DNA of 64,000 nucleotides from Paraspadella gotoi. Its lineage: Eukaryota; Animalia; Chaetognatha. Location: assembly GCA_051294375.1 (NCBI GenBank), contig CM119268.1, positions 5,442,077-5,506,076 of the forward strand. Reading direction: 5' to 3'. Position numbers and translations under genes: made by a program. The notes beneath the pieces are model-generated. The model saw only the letters and a program-made list of their open reading frames with translations. It was not told the origin of the DNA and made no database searches. Below are positions 1 to 13,205 of the stretch, one piece after another; position 1 is the stretch's first letter; every line of letters starts with the position of its first letter.

Positions 1-102
1 GTTAGGGAGACAATATCCAATTAAATACTTTAGTTAGTTTTCGAATATTAATATTTTAAATTTAAAATTAAATGTCATAAAATTAACACACTTTTCAACT
101 GG

Positions 103-178
103 ATTAACCGTTAAAAACGTTAGTTTAACGGTTTTACGCAAGTTCCCTCAAAAAATTAACGGTTTAACGGAACCCTAC
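103..178. mobile_element. Possible hAT-type MITE terminus
   Basis: Repeated AACGGTT/AACCGTT subterminal motifs ending in GGAACCCTA. No partner end was identified. Confidence 0.25.
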
Positions 179-948
179 CTACCAACCCCCCATTTCATCT
201 CAAATTTGGAAGCGAGTTAATTTTTATTAAGTTTAAAGACGCGGTTAAAGATAAAGGTTAAGAATTAAGTTAAAGATTGGGGTTGGGGTTTAATTATTAA
301 GGTTCAGGGACTTTGGCTTAGGGTTTAAGATTTAAGATTGGTTTAAGATTATGATTAAATATTAGGGTTTAAGGAACAGAAATGGAGTGATTTTTATTTT
401 GAATTTCGAGCTTCGCTTTGATTCGCCTTTCTTAGACTTAGACTCTTCTCCCCCACCCCCTTATGAAAAAAAGGAGAAACTCTTTTTTTCTACTAGACGC
501 TACGTGACAGATATTAATTTTACACATTATCAGCCTTTTAAAAAGGAATTTCGGGCTTAATGCAATAGGCATAAGATCTTCTTTGCTTTTTTTATTTTTT
601 GCTTTTCTTTTTTTCTGCAGAGTTTTAAATTCATATATATTTTTTTCCTCGCGCAATTTTATTTTCATATATTTTAATTATTCCTAATTTTTTTTTATTC
701 GAATTGTAATTTTTTTAACTTCTTGCAGTATTAAAAATACAGTCGTAGTGTTTTTAATGGGATTAAGAAAATCGCTACAGGTTTTTATCTTTTATTTCGC
801 TAAATTAAGCGAAACTGTTACTACATCTTAATAAATTTATAATGATTTNNNNNNNNNNNNNNNNNNNNNNNNNNNNNNNNNNNNNNNNNNNNNNNNNNNN
901 NNNNNNNNNNNNNNNNNNNNNNNNNNNNNNNNNNNNNNNNNNNNNNNN

Positions 949-981
<33 letters not shown>

Positions 982-1363
982 ATAGAGAGAGAGAGAGAGG
1001 AACGCATAGAGAGTGAGGTACACGGAGGAAAATAAAAAAAAATTAAAAAAAACTAAGAACGTAGGAACAAGGGAAAAAAACGAAAGAGAGAGAGAGAGAG
1101 CAGAGAAAATTCAATATTTCTCTCTCTCTCTATCTCTCTCTGTCTCATAAAGAGGAAGAGGAGTTCCACCCATTCTGAGCTAAAACGACCCTCAGTTTTA
1201 TTTCATTTTTTGAGAATAAAAAAAATCGAGAATTGGTCTTAATGCTCATATTTTCAACGAGTGTGCAGTGAAAGAGAGAGGATAGAAAGAGAGGAAGAGA
1301 AAGAGAGGAAGCGAGAAAGAACGAAAGGGTCTTTCTTTTTCTTTCTATCATTTTTTCTTTTAC

Positions 1364-1530
1364 TTTTCTTTTCTTTTCTTTTCTTTTCTTTTCTTTTCTT
1401 TTCTTTTCTTTTCTTTTCTTTTCTTTTCTTGTCTTGTCTTGTCTTGTCTTGTCTTGTCTTGTCTTGTCTTGTCTTGTCTTGTCTTGTCTTGTCTTGTCTT
1501 GTCTTGCCTTGTCTTGTCTTTTCTTTTCTT
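1364..1530. repeat. Compound (TTTTC)n/(TCTTG)n pentanucleotide microsatellite
   Basis: Direct reading. Confidence 0.9.
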
Positions 1531-2088
1531 TCATTTTATTTTCTTCCCCGTTACTTTCCTTTCCTTTCCTTTTCTCTTCTTCCTTTTTCTCTCCTTTCTT
1601 CTCTTTCCTCTATTTTTTAAAAAGGTCTGACCTCCTCATTGTCGTCGTGGTTGTTGTTGTCGTTGTTGTTCCACCCACTTTGCCCCAGCGCATTGTTGCA
1701 CATAAACAGAAACGCAAAGCGACGTAGTGTTATGGTCGCTCATGACGCGGCTCTTAGTTTGGGTGACTGTGGTTTCAGTGTGGGCAGGTTGGGTCGTATA
1801 AAGTGAGAGTTTTTTTTGCAAAATGTTTACAAAATTGTACTCAATATTTTACTTATTTTATTTATTTTACTTATTTAATTTAACTTAGTTTTCGCGATTT
1901 TCTCTTTTTATTTGTTACGGAATTTCTTCGAATCGCCTTCGTGGCATCCAAGGGCAGGTGGGTAAGGGGAGCCGGGTAAGGCAAAGCAGCAGCCTCGATG
2001 CCCTTTTGGCGCGTCCACCGAGCGAGATGGGGATAGAAAAGAGGGGGAGGAAGAGAGAGAGAGAGAGAAGGAGAGAGAGAGAGAGGAG

Positions 2089-2125
<37 letters not shown>

Positions 2126-2720
2126 AGAGAGAGGAGAGAGAGATGAGAGAGAGAGAGATAAGAGAGATGAGAAGAGACTGAGGACTCTCGTCCGGCGATT
2201 GAAACCGAAAGAACGTGAACCGAACAGAAGGCGGCGATTTAGAAAAAGGGTGAGGGGGGGGGGGCGTGTGAATGAGGGTGAAGGGGTGAGGCGCTGTGGA
2301 ATAAATGTTATGGTGTTCACAGTGATAAACGAGTTGGGGAAGTCGGTGTGTGATTGGAGGTGGGAGGGGGGGCGGGGGATAAATGGAATGGCTTTGTTGT
2401 TGGAAATGACATCATTACATTGTTTGGGAGGGAAAGTGAGAAAAGGGGAGGAAGAGAGGGAGAGAGGAAGGAAGGGAGGAAAGGAGAAAAGGAGGGAGGG
2501 AGGAAGGGAGAACGGGAGGGAAGTAGGAAGGGAGGAAGATAGGGAAAAAAGGAAGAAAAAAAGGAGGAAAGGAGGGAGGGAGGAAGGAAGGAAGGAAATG
2601 AGGGAAGGAGAAAGAGAGGGAAAGAGGGAGAAAAATAGGAAGGGAGGAAAGGAGAGACGTAGGAAGGGAGGATTGAAGGAAGGAAAGAAGGAGAGAAAGA
2701 GGGAGGAAAATAGGAAGTCT

Positions 2721-2846
2721 CGGATTCAATCCCGACTCGTTTCCTTTCCTGCGGGAAGCGTGAGAACGGGACGTCAACTGACTTGGCTTGACTCGGCAAA
2801 ATTTCAAGACTAGTTCCGAGCACGTGACCAGTTCCATTGCTGCTGG
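2721..2846 (+). mobile_element. Diverged copy of the same SINE-like family
   Basis: Shares GGAT(T)CRATCCC, CCTRCGGGAAGCGTGAGRACGG, GGCTTG...TCAAG, GTTCC-AGC and GTTCCATTGCTGC with 13499-13617, in the same order. Confidence 0.6.
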
Positions 2847-4804
2847 TTATTTTTAGCTCTCTTGAGGTTTTATGCAGGGATATATTTAATTAGATATAAA
2901 TGGCCTTTCGGGTTCGAATCAAATTGACTTCTTAAGGTGTTATTGGCCTCTCAGGGAAAGGAGCCAAATTGGTATTGGGCTCTTCGCCCAATAGTATTGG
3001 CCTCGTCGGGGAAAAAAAAGTGAAAAGGTGGAAACGGCGTCTGGAGGCGAAACATGAGGCCGAAAATGTGGCGTCGACCACGAGGGATCCTTTTCCTTTA
3101 TTTCCTTTTTCTTTTCCTTTATTTCCTTTTTCTTTTTCTTCTTCCCTTTTTCTTTCGATCTTTCTATGTATCCTTTTTCTCCTTTTTTCTTTTTCTTTTT
3201 CTTTTTTCTCTCTTCTCCTTTTACGGCGAATTTATCTCCAGAGATTCAGTCGTAAATTTCCGTTTGACTCAAGGAAAGAAGACGTCGTTGTCTTCGTCGT
3301 CGTCGTCGTTGTCCCCGTCGTCTTCGTCGTTGTTGTCGTCGTCGTCGTCGTTGTACTCGTCGTCGTCGTCGTCGTTGTACTCGTCGTCGTTGTCTTCGTC
3401 GTCATCGTTATCGTCGTTGTCTTCGTCGTCATCATTGTCAATTTGTCATCATCGTCGTCATCGTCATCGCTCTCCATATCGTCGTCATATTCATCGTAGT
3501 CGTCAGTATCGTCGTCGTCGTCATTTTCATCGTCGCGGTCACTCAACCCACGTGATAGTAGTCTACCTTTTTTAATATTTATTAAATAAATAATCATCCA
3601 ATTCTCGATTAATCATTTCCAATCCTCGACAGCAGGAAACAAAGCACTAAAAAAAAGGGCAACGAAGCATGAAAGAAAAGAATTGAATAGTAGAGAGAGA
3701 GATGAGAAGAGAGAGAGGAGAGATGAGAGATGAGAGAGAGTAGAGAGCAGAGAGAGAGAGAGGGAGAGAGAGAGAGAGAGTGTAGAGAGAGTTCACTTGA
3801 CGCGAATGAGAAAGAAGAAAAAAAAGCGAGGAGCAGGGCGACGCGCGTGAAAACTCTTGATTCGGCCACCGTAAACTTGAGTGGCCTTACAACACCAATC
3901 AACCCAATCAGTGGGACCAAGTCTATTTCCGCGCCCAAAGTTTCGGGGCCAAAGTGCCCATTCAAACAAAAAAAAATGCTTCGTCGAAAATCGTGCCTGA
4001 GAATGACAAGGGCCGCCGAACAAACCCTGCGAACCCGAAAAAAGAAGTCAAAACTCTTAACCCTTTCCTAAGTTCTTGACAGTCTTTGACATGCCATTTT
4101 TGGCCGTGAAATGGACAAAAGAAAGGGCGGGAAGAACAAATCGTGGATCGAAGAAAACCATTAAGAAATACACAAGAAAAATAGAGAACAATGCATATAT
4201 TTCGTGAGAACAGTTGGTGGTTGGTTTGAGTTACAGAAAGCAAGAAAAAGAAGGAAATTAGAGGAAAGAAAGAATTGGAGCACTTTTCTCCCGAAAGTGT
4301 ACCAGATTTCATATTCATAACTACCTGAAACTTACTTCAATCTAATGTTTTCTTACCCTAAGGCTATTACAAAACCTATAATCTAATCGCCTAATCCATA
4401 ACCATAATTTGCCTAAATCAACAAGCTTATCCCCAAACTATATTTCCTTAAAACCTATTCGTGTGAACCTTACAAGTTAAACCCTAAAAACTTCGTATGT
4501 CCCGACACACCTACAATGAATAAAGGGATGTTTGTGAAGAATTAAGGCCAGAAATTGACAAATGTATATTAAGCAGATGAATAAACGAAAAGATACAAAG
4601 AACAGAGCAAAAAAAAGTCGTTTATTTGTGATAATTTTCTTCCTTTTTTTTCCTTAATGAATTCGCTTTTATGGGTTTTTTTGTACATCGTTATGGTTCT
4701 TACATAAGGTTGTCTGGACCGCCAAAGCCGAAGTCTTTCCCTTTCTATTGCACGTACTGTGTTTGTTTGCTGAAGAGCGGACTTCTCTCTCTCTTTCTCT
4801 CTTT

Positions 4805-4845
<41 letters not shown>

Positions 4846-5002
4846 TCTTCTCTCTCTCTCTTCTCTCTCTCTCATCTCTCTCTCTCTCTCGTTATGATCT
4901 TTCGGCAACATCTCTGTCTCACTCAAGCGGTCGTCTATCTCCATTCTTCTAACAACACTCCCCATTTTCGATTTAAGACTACAACCTTCCATAGTCTCTC
5001 TC

Positions 5003-5061
<59 letters not shown>

Positions 5062-8000
5062 CTCTCTCCTCCACTCACCTTCTCCACTTCCTTCCCCCTC
5101 CCGCCGAAACGCGTGTTTCAATCCATGTGAATCGTGTTCAGTGACTCCAGCGTCGGAAAAAAGTCAACGTCGCCCCCGTCTCGTCGTCGTGTGTCGTCCG
5201 TTGGCCGGGAACGTCGACGGGGGTACCCTCACGGGATCTCGGCGGGGTTCTTCGTTTTCGAAGGCAGGTTGGAGGAGTCGGGGACGGGGGAATGGATGAG
5301 GCGGGGAAGGTTAGAAGAATAGTGCAGGGGAACAGAGGGAAGATGCAGGGGAAAAAGGGATAGAAGAATGGATTTGGGGAAGGAAAGAGGGCAGGGAAGA
5401 GAGCGAAAGAGGGGCAGGGAAAGAGGGTAGCAGAAAGAGGGCAGGGAAAGGAGGCAGGTGGAAAGAGGGCAGGGAAAGAGGGCAGGAAAGGGGCCAGGGG
5501 AAAGCACGGGCAGGGACAGGAGTGTCGTGTGATGTATTAATCTATGTGACGAGAAAAAGATTGGAATTCCCTTTCGGACCGACGAGAAAACCAAAATGCA
5601 GAACCCAAGTCAATACAAAAAAGGTCAACCTGAGAGGATAAAAAAAAAAAAAAAAAAAAAACTAGTGGCGCTTTTCGAGGCACGAAATCCAAAATGGCGT
5701 CAGGTGTATAATTGGCGTAAATAATTAAAAATAGAATTTCAGTTGTTTGAATGATCATTTAAAACGTAGTTATTAAATGTAGAGATTTCGGAACCTGAAT
5801 ATGAAATAAAAGTTTAAAGGAGAATTTGAAAAGCAAAAATTTTAGCATCGATTATTTTAAATTTTCCTCGCAAGCATATAGTCTCTCTTAACTAGTCTCC
5901 AGCAAGAATTAAAAAAACGGTTTTTATTAATGGTACATCTATAAAAAGATAAGTTGCATTCTCGGGATCCATGACGTATACAAAAGTGCTAAGGCTAAAC
6001 GAATCTGCGAGATAGATACTCGGAATAAATATCGAGATAATTAAACGCGGATACTCTATCGCCGTGTTTTGAAAAAAAACCAAACCACGCCCACACCCCT
6101 GATGTAATAAGTCAAAAAGTTGACACCGGCAGCCCAGTGATTATATCAATTCTTGTCATTGATTAATTGATAATTTTTGTCATAAAATATATCAATGATA
6201 TGTAACATTTTTTTTGACGGGCCTGAACTAGAGGCAGACTCTAGACTATCCCGTCGACGGCGATGATTATTATCGACCTTTTTTGTTTTTATTACTTTGT
6301 TTAGTTGAATTTTAAAAAAAAATTTTGGTTTGGTCGAGGTGTTACAATGTAAAAATAGCAGAACAATACTACATAGATTTGATTTCCGTTAGAACTTATA
6401 CTAGCGTCACCGTGGTGCGCCATCGCAATTATTACCAAATTGCCCGCAAAATACCATGATTTTAAATTTGGATAAAAACATAATGTTTTCTGGTCTCATA
6501 AGTCATTAAATTGTTTCCCTCCAATAACTAAATTTCCTCGCTACCCGTCGTGCTTCCTTTTTTTTCCACATTCCAGACCAAATTTCTTTTTTTTTCCTCC
6601 ATTTATTTCGACAAATCTTTTTCCTACTTTTGTAAGATAACCCAAAGTTCGCAACGGTAGGACTTTTGAATTAGGTTCGGCCCCTCATATAATACTCCAA
6701 CGACAAAGGATTGTTAAACAAAACAAGTTTTAGACACAGCGAATTAAGATTATGATATTTTTTCTTATTTAAAAAACTGTCGCTTTATTGTGTCTGACAG
6801 TTAAGAATGGCGTTTCAGACAGCCGACATCTCACGTCGNNNNNNNNNNNNNNNNNNNNNNNNNNNNNNNNNNNNNNNNNNNNNNNNNNNNNNNNNNNNNN
6901 NNNNNNNNNNNNNNNNNNNNNNNNNNNNNNNNNNNNNNNNNNNNNNNNNNNNNNNNNNNNNNNNNNNNNNNNNNNNNNNNNNNNNNNNNNNNNNNNNNNN
7001 NNNNNNNNNNNNNNNNNNNNNNNNNNNNNNNNNNNNNNNNNNNNNNNNNNNNNNNNNNNNNNNNNNNNNNNNNNNNNNNNNNNNNNNNNNNNNNNNNNNN
7101 NNNNNNNNNNNNNNNNNNNNNNNNNNNNNNNNNNNNNNNNNNNNNNNNNNNNNNNNNNNNNNNNNNNNNNNNNNNNNNNNNNNNNNNNNNNNNNNNNNNN
7201 NNNNNNNNNNNNNNNNNNNAGAGGGAAAACGGGCCTGATTTCAGAGTCGAGGCTTAAGGTATGAAAATCGATTTGGAACAAAATGACATCGCCAGAAAAA
7301 ATAAAAACAAAAAATATAACAACAAAATATTTTTTTTCCTGGTGCGTGCATAAAGCGATTCATTTGGTTAAATTTACATTGAACTTGAAACCAAATACAA
7401 CTAAACTTTCGTGTCTTTATGTAATTTTTTTATTTAATGCTTATTTATGTTAACTAAAATGCAAAAACAGACACCAGATTCCACGAAACCTATCTAGCTT
7501 TTTTTACATTAGTCAATTTGTAGACATTATGTATAGACTTTCGATTTCGTTGTTNNNNNNNNNNNNNNNNNNNNNNNNNCTCTCGAGGTCCCTCACTATT
7601 CACACTCGCTAATTTTATCCTCAGTCTCTAACTCTCACGCCTCGGCTAATTTCCATCCTCTCAGTACCTCACTTTCTCACTCATGCTAAGTATCTATAAT
7701 CTCAACACTCACGGCTAATGCTCATATCTCCTCCCTCAGTTCCTCACTCTCTTCACTCATATAATTCATCATTTATGTCCTTACTCTCGATGCTCGGCTA
7801 AATTATGTCTCTCTCAGTCTTACTCTCGCACTGGCTTCGTTAATTTAGGTTCAACTCGCGTGTCGTTACTCGTCTCGGAAAGAGGCTTTAATACTAAGTC
7901 CATATACTACCAAGCTTGCCAATTCTTCTCCACCTCTCTCACCTCTTCGTCGCTCTGCCTAGTTTATCGCCTTATGTGGTCACTGTCTCTCTCAGTCTTT

Positions 8001-10116
8001 CTCGTCTTGTTCACATTCGTTCACCATCTCTCGGATCTTACGCCTCTCTTCCTACCGAGTTAATCCTCTCATTACCCTGTTTCATCCTTCATCTTAATTG
8101 ACTTATTGGTTTTATAGTCTATCCTAGAATATAAGATATCGACAATTTAAGATTTCTTTACTATTTTAACATTCGGCACTCATAACTTCACCCATGTTGG
8201 CTTTTGCAATCAACAGATTGCTATTATGAATTGTAGTCATTTCATATTTAAATTCTTGGAACTTGCATGAAACCTGTTTCTCTTTAGACATCATCCAAAA
8301 TTTCACTTTTCCTTCCCTCTCTCATCTCCCTCCTTCTCTCTCTCTCTCTCTCTTCTCTCGTCTCTCTCTCTCGGTGCACTTCATTCTCTCTCCTCTCTCT
8401 CTCTCTCATCTCATTGCTCTCTGCTCTCCTGCTTCCTCTCGATCTCTTATTTCCCCCCCTCTCTTCTCTCTTTCCCCTGTCTCTCCCTCTCCCTTCGCTC
8501 CGATTTCTAATCACCCCGCCTTCACCCCTTCTCCTTCTTTCACCCCAACTCGTCCAAGCTTGCCCAACACACTAGACAACGCAGTCTCTCTTCCAATCGC
8601 TCTCCCCACAGAAAGAATGGCTTGTTGTGCCCCCCTCCGTTTTTCACCCCTTGGCCTGGTGGGGGGGTCGTGATAGCGGACTCTCCTCGCAGTTTTTTTT
8701 AGTTCACATTCTTCGGAACGTGTCGTTTCCCTCGCCCGTCCAAATGGCGGCGGAAGTCGTCACACGGCGCCGAGTTCTCAACACTCGTCTTCTCCCTTCC
8801 CTTCCGTCACAGTCCTGTGCCCAATCTCAATCTGTTGTGCCGGTTATGGAAAAAATGGGGGCGGGACGAAGAGAGAGCAGAGCAGAGAGAGAGAGAGATA
8901 AGATGGAAGCGGAGAGAAGACAGAGACGAGAGAGACCATCCACCTGGAAGTGAATCTCTAGACCTGATACGGACCGAAAATCGGGAGCCCGAAAAGGAGA
9001 GAGAGAACAAAATCGGCTGTGAATAGGATGACGAAGAAGCGAAAAGAAGGAAAATAAAATTTAAAAATAAAAATGAACTTCAAAATGACCGCCGGTGCGA
9101 GGAGGTGAGAAGAGAAAGAAGAAGAGAGCAACGTGCAGGAGCGATGAGACGCAGCAGGAGTTCTGTGTACTCCTGTATTCAAAACAGCGCAAGAACAGGC
9201 AACCGCGTGCCTATCAAACCGTCAGGTGAGAGGAGGGCCGTCGGCAGGCTATCAGGGCCAAAAGAATATACGAGTGGCCACTTGGCATTTTTCCCAGATG
9301 GACCTTACCAGACCCCAGAACATGTCACGCTCTAGCAAATATATCCCCAACGCTATTGACAGGCCAATGACCCGATCTTAAAATCGTCACGCTAGTCCAT
9401 CCATTTGCCCGGCCGGGGAGGGGGGCCGCCCTCATTTTTGAGCTCATTCTGTTTACTTACTTTCACTAATCCTTTACTTACCTATCCCTAACCACTTATT
9501 CTTCCATTTCAATTTCACTTCTATCTTTACTACATTTATTTTTCATTGCTTGTTAATATAGTAGTTATAATACTTAGACTTAAATCTTTAAGATTTATCT
9601 TAGTTATTCTTATTTTCTCTGGTTGTACATTAACTAACTGTATTATTTTCAAATTTGTGTCTCTCTCTACTCCTCTCTCTTCTCTCTCTTTTTATTTTCA
9701 CAATCTGTGACTTCTACTTCCCCTGTCCTTCACCTTGAACCTGTCCTCACATCTGAGACCGATTTCTCACTCAATTTCTTTGTTGGAATCTCCTCTCTCT
9801 CTCTGTCTCATCTGAACAATTCTTCTGCACCAAACTCAACTTCTCACAGAGACAATTGTTGTGATAAGAAAATCATTCTATGAAGACTCTAACTCTATAT
9901 ATATCTATATCTATGATCCGACTGTTACTGTGTTCAGATAAAAATTCGTTGCCACATTAAAACTGTTTTTCCTAAAATTAGTCAATTTAAAAAAATTAAT
10001 ATTTTATAATTAAAAAATTAACTCAAATAAACATCGTGAATCCCTTTTTTCTTTCGCCGCGGTGTCTCCCTCAACCGTCAATAAAAAAAGAAACCGTGCG
10101 CTTTCCAAACCGAGTG

Positions 10117-10500
10117 CGTAACGATATCGATAACATTAATAGTAACGATATCGTAAATATTAATAGCTAAGCGCGATATGCCGAATAAACATTAATAGTA
10201 ACGATTATCGATAAACATTAATAGTACGATATCGATATATTAATAGTAACGATATCGATAAAATTAATAGTAACGATATCGATAACATTAATAGTAACAG
10301 ATATCGATAAACATTAATAGGTAAACGATATTGGATATCGATAACATTGAATAGTGATAACATGGTTTCATCGATAACATTAATAGTAACGAGTATCGAT
10401 AACATTAATAGTAACGATATCGATAATATTAATAGTAACCGGCTAGTCGATAACATTAATAGTAACGATATCGATAACTATAATAGTAACGATATCGTTA
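10117..10500. repeat. 24-bp minisatellite (AGTAACGATATCGATAACATTAAT)n, about 16 units
   Basis: Direct reading; some units carry indels. Confidence 0.9.
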
Positions 10501-10520
10501 TAAATGACAATGTTCGGTTT

Positions 10521-10723
10521 TTAAACAAACAAAATGTAATCAATACTTTTAAAGACGTTGTAGTAATTGCAGACGGGAGAGGGAAGAAAGTAAGTGCCCC
10601 CCGACGGCGAGGTGGGTGGAAATTTGGGTAGGTAATCCAGAGCCGGGTAAGCTGGATAGGCCGGCGGTTTGGGGTAAAAGTTTAGAGGCCAGGAGTGGAA
10701 ACTAGCGTCGAATTTGAATGAGT
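10521..10723 (-). CDS. Downstream (possibly terminal) coding exon (DSFKFDASFHSWPLNFYPKPPAYPAYPALDYLPKFPPTSPSGGTYFLPSPVCNYYNVFKSIDYILFV*)
   Basis: Acceptor ccaactaccccag|, phase 1, 66 sense codons of non-repetitive Pro/Tyr-rich peptide to TAA. A weak alternative donor GTATTG lies at 10546. Confidence 0.6.
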
Positions 10724-11969
10724 CTGGGGTAGTTGGTGGGGGTGGTGGTTTGTTGTGGTCGGTTTTGGTGGTGATTGTGGTGGTTGCAGTGGTAGTTGTG
10801 GAAGTAGTGGTGGTAGTTGTGGCAGATTTGGAGGTTGTGGTGAGGTGAGTGAGTGAGGTGGTTGTGGGCAGTTATTGTTGTAGTTGTGATAGTGGTTAAA
10901 GCGATTTTGGTTGTTGTGGTAGGGGTGATGTTGATGATGGACATAATATGGGCATGGCAGTGGCATGGACATTGTCATTTGTATAAGGGATTCAAAGGGA
11001 CGGGAAGGAGGAAAGGGAGGAACGATAATGTGGTAAAATTAATTAATATTTAATTGACTCAGTTAAAATCAAAAAGTGTATAATATATACTATTCAGTTT
11101 CATTGAGCGATAATTTAGTTAATTCGGTCAGTCGGTCGGACTAATTTGTAATCATCGCTCTTACGACGGATGGGAGGTAAACTTTACGGATCTTGTGAAC
11201 AATTAAGAGTCACCAACTGACTTCACTCGGTTCTTGTGAATGGTTGGATGGCGTGAATTGTCGTCGTCCCTCCCGTTGATTGTGATTAAAACGTTGAATT
11301 TTAGTGAGATTTCCGGTGTTGAAGACTTTTTCGATCGCGTCAGTTGATAAGGATCAGTTTATTTGGTAAAGAAAAAAAAGGATTAAAAAAATGAAATGAA
11401 AAAAAAACAACAAACTGCAAAGTGGCTTTCGTTTTCGTTGTGATAATTGTTATTAGTTAATGTAATAATCCAAAGACGACCTGATTCATAATTTCGGACT
11501 CGTCACGTTTAACTAAAACAAGATTTATTTTCCACAAGAATGTTCAAATTTTTTTAAAAATTATAATTTCTTGGCAACTAATCAGCCACCATCAAAGTCG
11601 ATAATTTTTTGAGATTCTGTTGGGCTAGAACAAAGTATTTGTTTAATCTTGTTGATGCTAATATTCAATCCTTCAAACTTGACTAACGTTTAACGTCTGA
11701 ACATATTTTCCCGACAAAACCGTTTGACAATTTTTGCCCGACAAATTGAGACGTGCTGCCCGACTGTCGTGGCGAGCACGAGGCCGATCTGCATCCGGCG
11801 AGAGACGAAAAAGAAACTTTTTTAATCTCATTACCGACGAGGGAAACAAAGAGAGAGAGGGAAGAGAGAGAGAAGAGAGAGAGAGAGAGAGGAGGAGAGA
11901 GAAGGAGAGAGGAAGCGGCGGAAAAAGTTCACAAATATATAGGAGCGTCCTGACCCCTTGTTACCAGGA

Positions 11970-12043
<74 letters not shown>

Positions 12044-13205
12044 GAGAAGAGAGAGAGAAGAGAGAGAGAGAGAGTGCTTGAAAATTAACGTTAACGAATG
12101 ATAATTGTGTCGCTGTTTTCGTTCGTTTCTACCGAAAAACGAAATAAACGATTCGTCAGAGATTTTTTTAGTCTGTAAAAATAATAAGAATATTTTAATT
12201 GAAAAATACTTAACGTTGAACAATTATTTAGCTTAAAGTTTAATTTCCCTTTTTTGAGTAGGTGATAATTTTTGTTTTACACGAGGAGTGACATTTGTAG
12301 TAACATAACTTGTGACATGAGAAGTGACATGACGCAGGGCGACGATTTCCGCCGACTTCGTTTTATGAAAAGCGAAAAATTTATGAAAAATATGAAGAAA
12401 AAAAATAATAATAAAAAACGCAGACTCACAACCCAGCTCCCCCCCCCTGAAAAAAATAAAACCTTTCAGAAAAATAATAAAATCTTTTGACATTTTTTTT
12501 TCTCTGTCGTAATTTATGCGCCAAAACAGAATTTGTTGTTGTTGTTGTTGTTGTGATCCGAGACCAGCGTGATTTTTTTTTTTGGTGACCCAATCACGAC
12601 CTCGTGATCCCGTGACCCTTTGACTCGGATACCACGACCCGTCCCAGTTTTTTTTTGTGAGGGGGTGGGAAGAAAAAAAAAACAACCAACAAAATACGAA
12701 ATAAAAAAAAACAAAAAACAAAACTGGGAGCCTTTTTTTCCTTCCTTGTTTTCTCCACTAAACTCAAGATTTATTTTTTTAGCCTTTTTTGTCCTGATTT
12801 ATATTTAGTCGCATAAAATCTCAAAATTTGATTTTTTTTTTTTTTTTTGCGGAAAACATTAATCATTCGAGAAATTTTCTTAGAGTGGGGGAGAGAGAGG
12901 AGGGAGGAAGAAGGAGAGGAGAAAAGGGAGGAAGAAGGGGAGGAGAAAAGGGAGGAAGTAGGGGAGGAGAAGATGGAGGAAATAGGGGAGGAGACAGGAG
13001 AAAAGGGAGAGATGAGTAGAGACAAAGAGAGAAGAAAGGAAAAAAACAAAAATGGTCGAAAATTCTCAGGCGTCATTGAGGCCTTATTCTCCCAAAGCGG
13101 CTCATTTCATCTTAAATTAGAAATTAAATTTTTAAGATATAAAACTTAACTTACATCTTATTAGAATTAGGTCAGGGATTAGGTCAGGGATTAGGGTTAG
13201 GGATT

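Noticed and set aside
7580-10100. Possible exons or promoter (e.g. AAATGGCGGCGGAAGT at about 8742)
   Set aside because: The region follows a 25-N gap and looks like unpolished error-rich sequence, so frames cannot be trusted.
10117-10500. CRISPR-like array (also considered for 51031-51340 and 56510-56657)
   Set aside because: These are head-to-tail repeats without unique spacers, there are no cas genes, and the context is eukaryotic.
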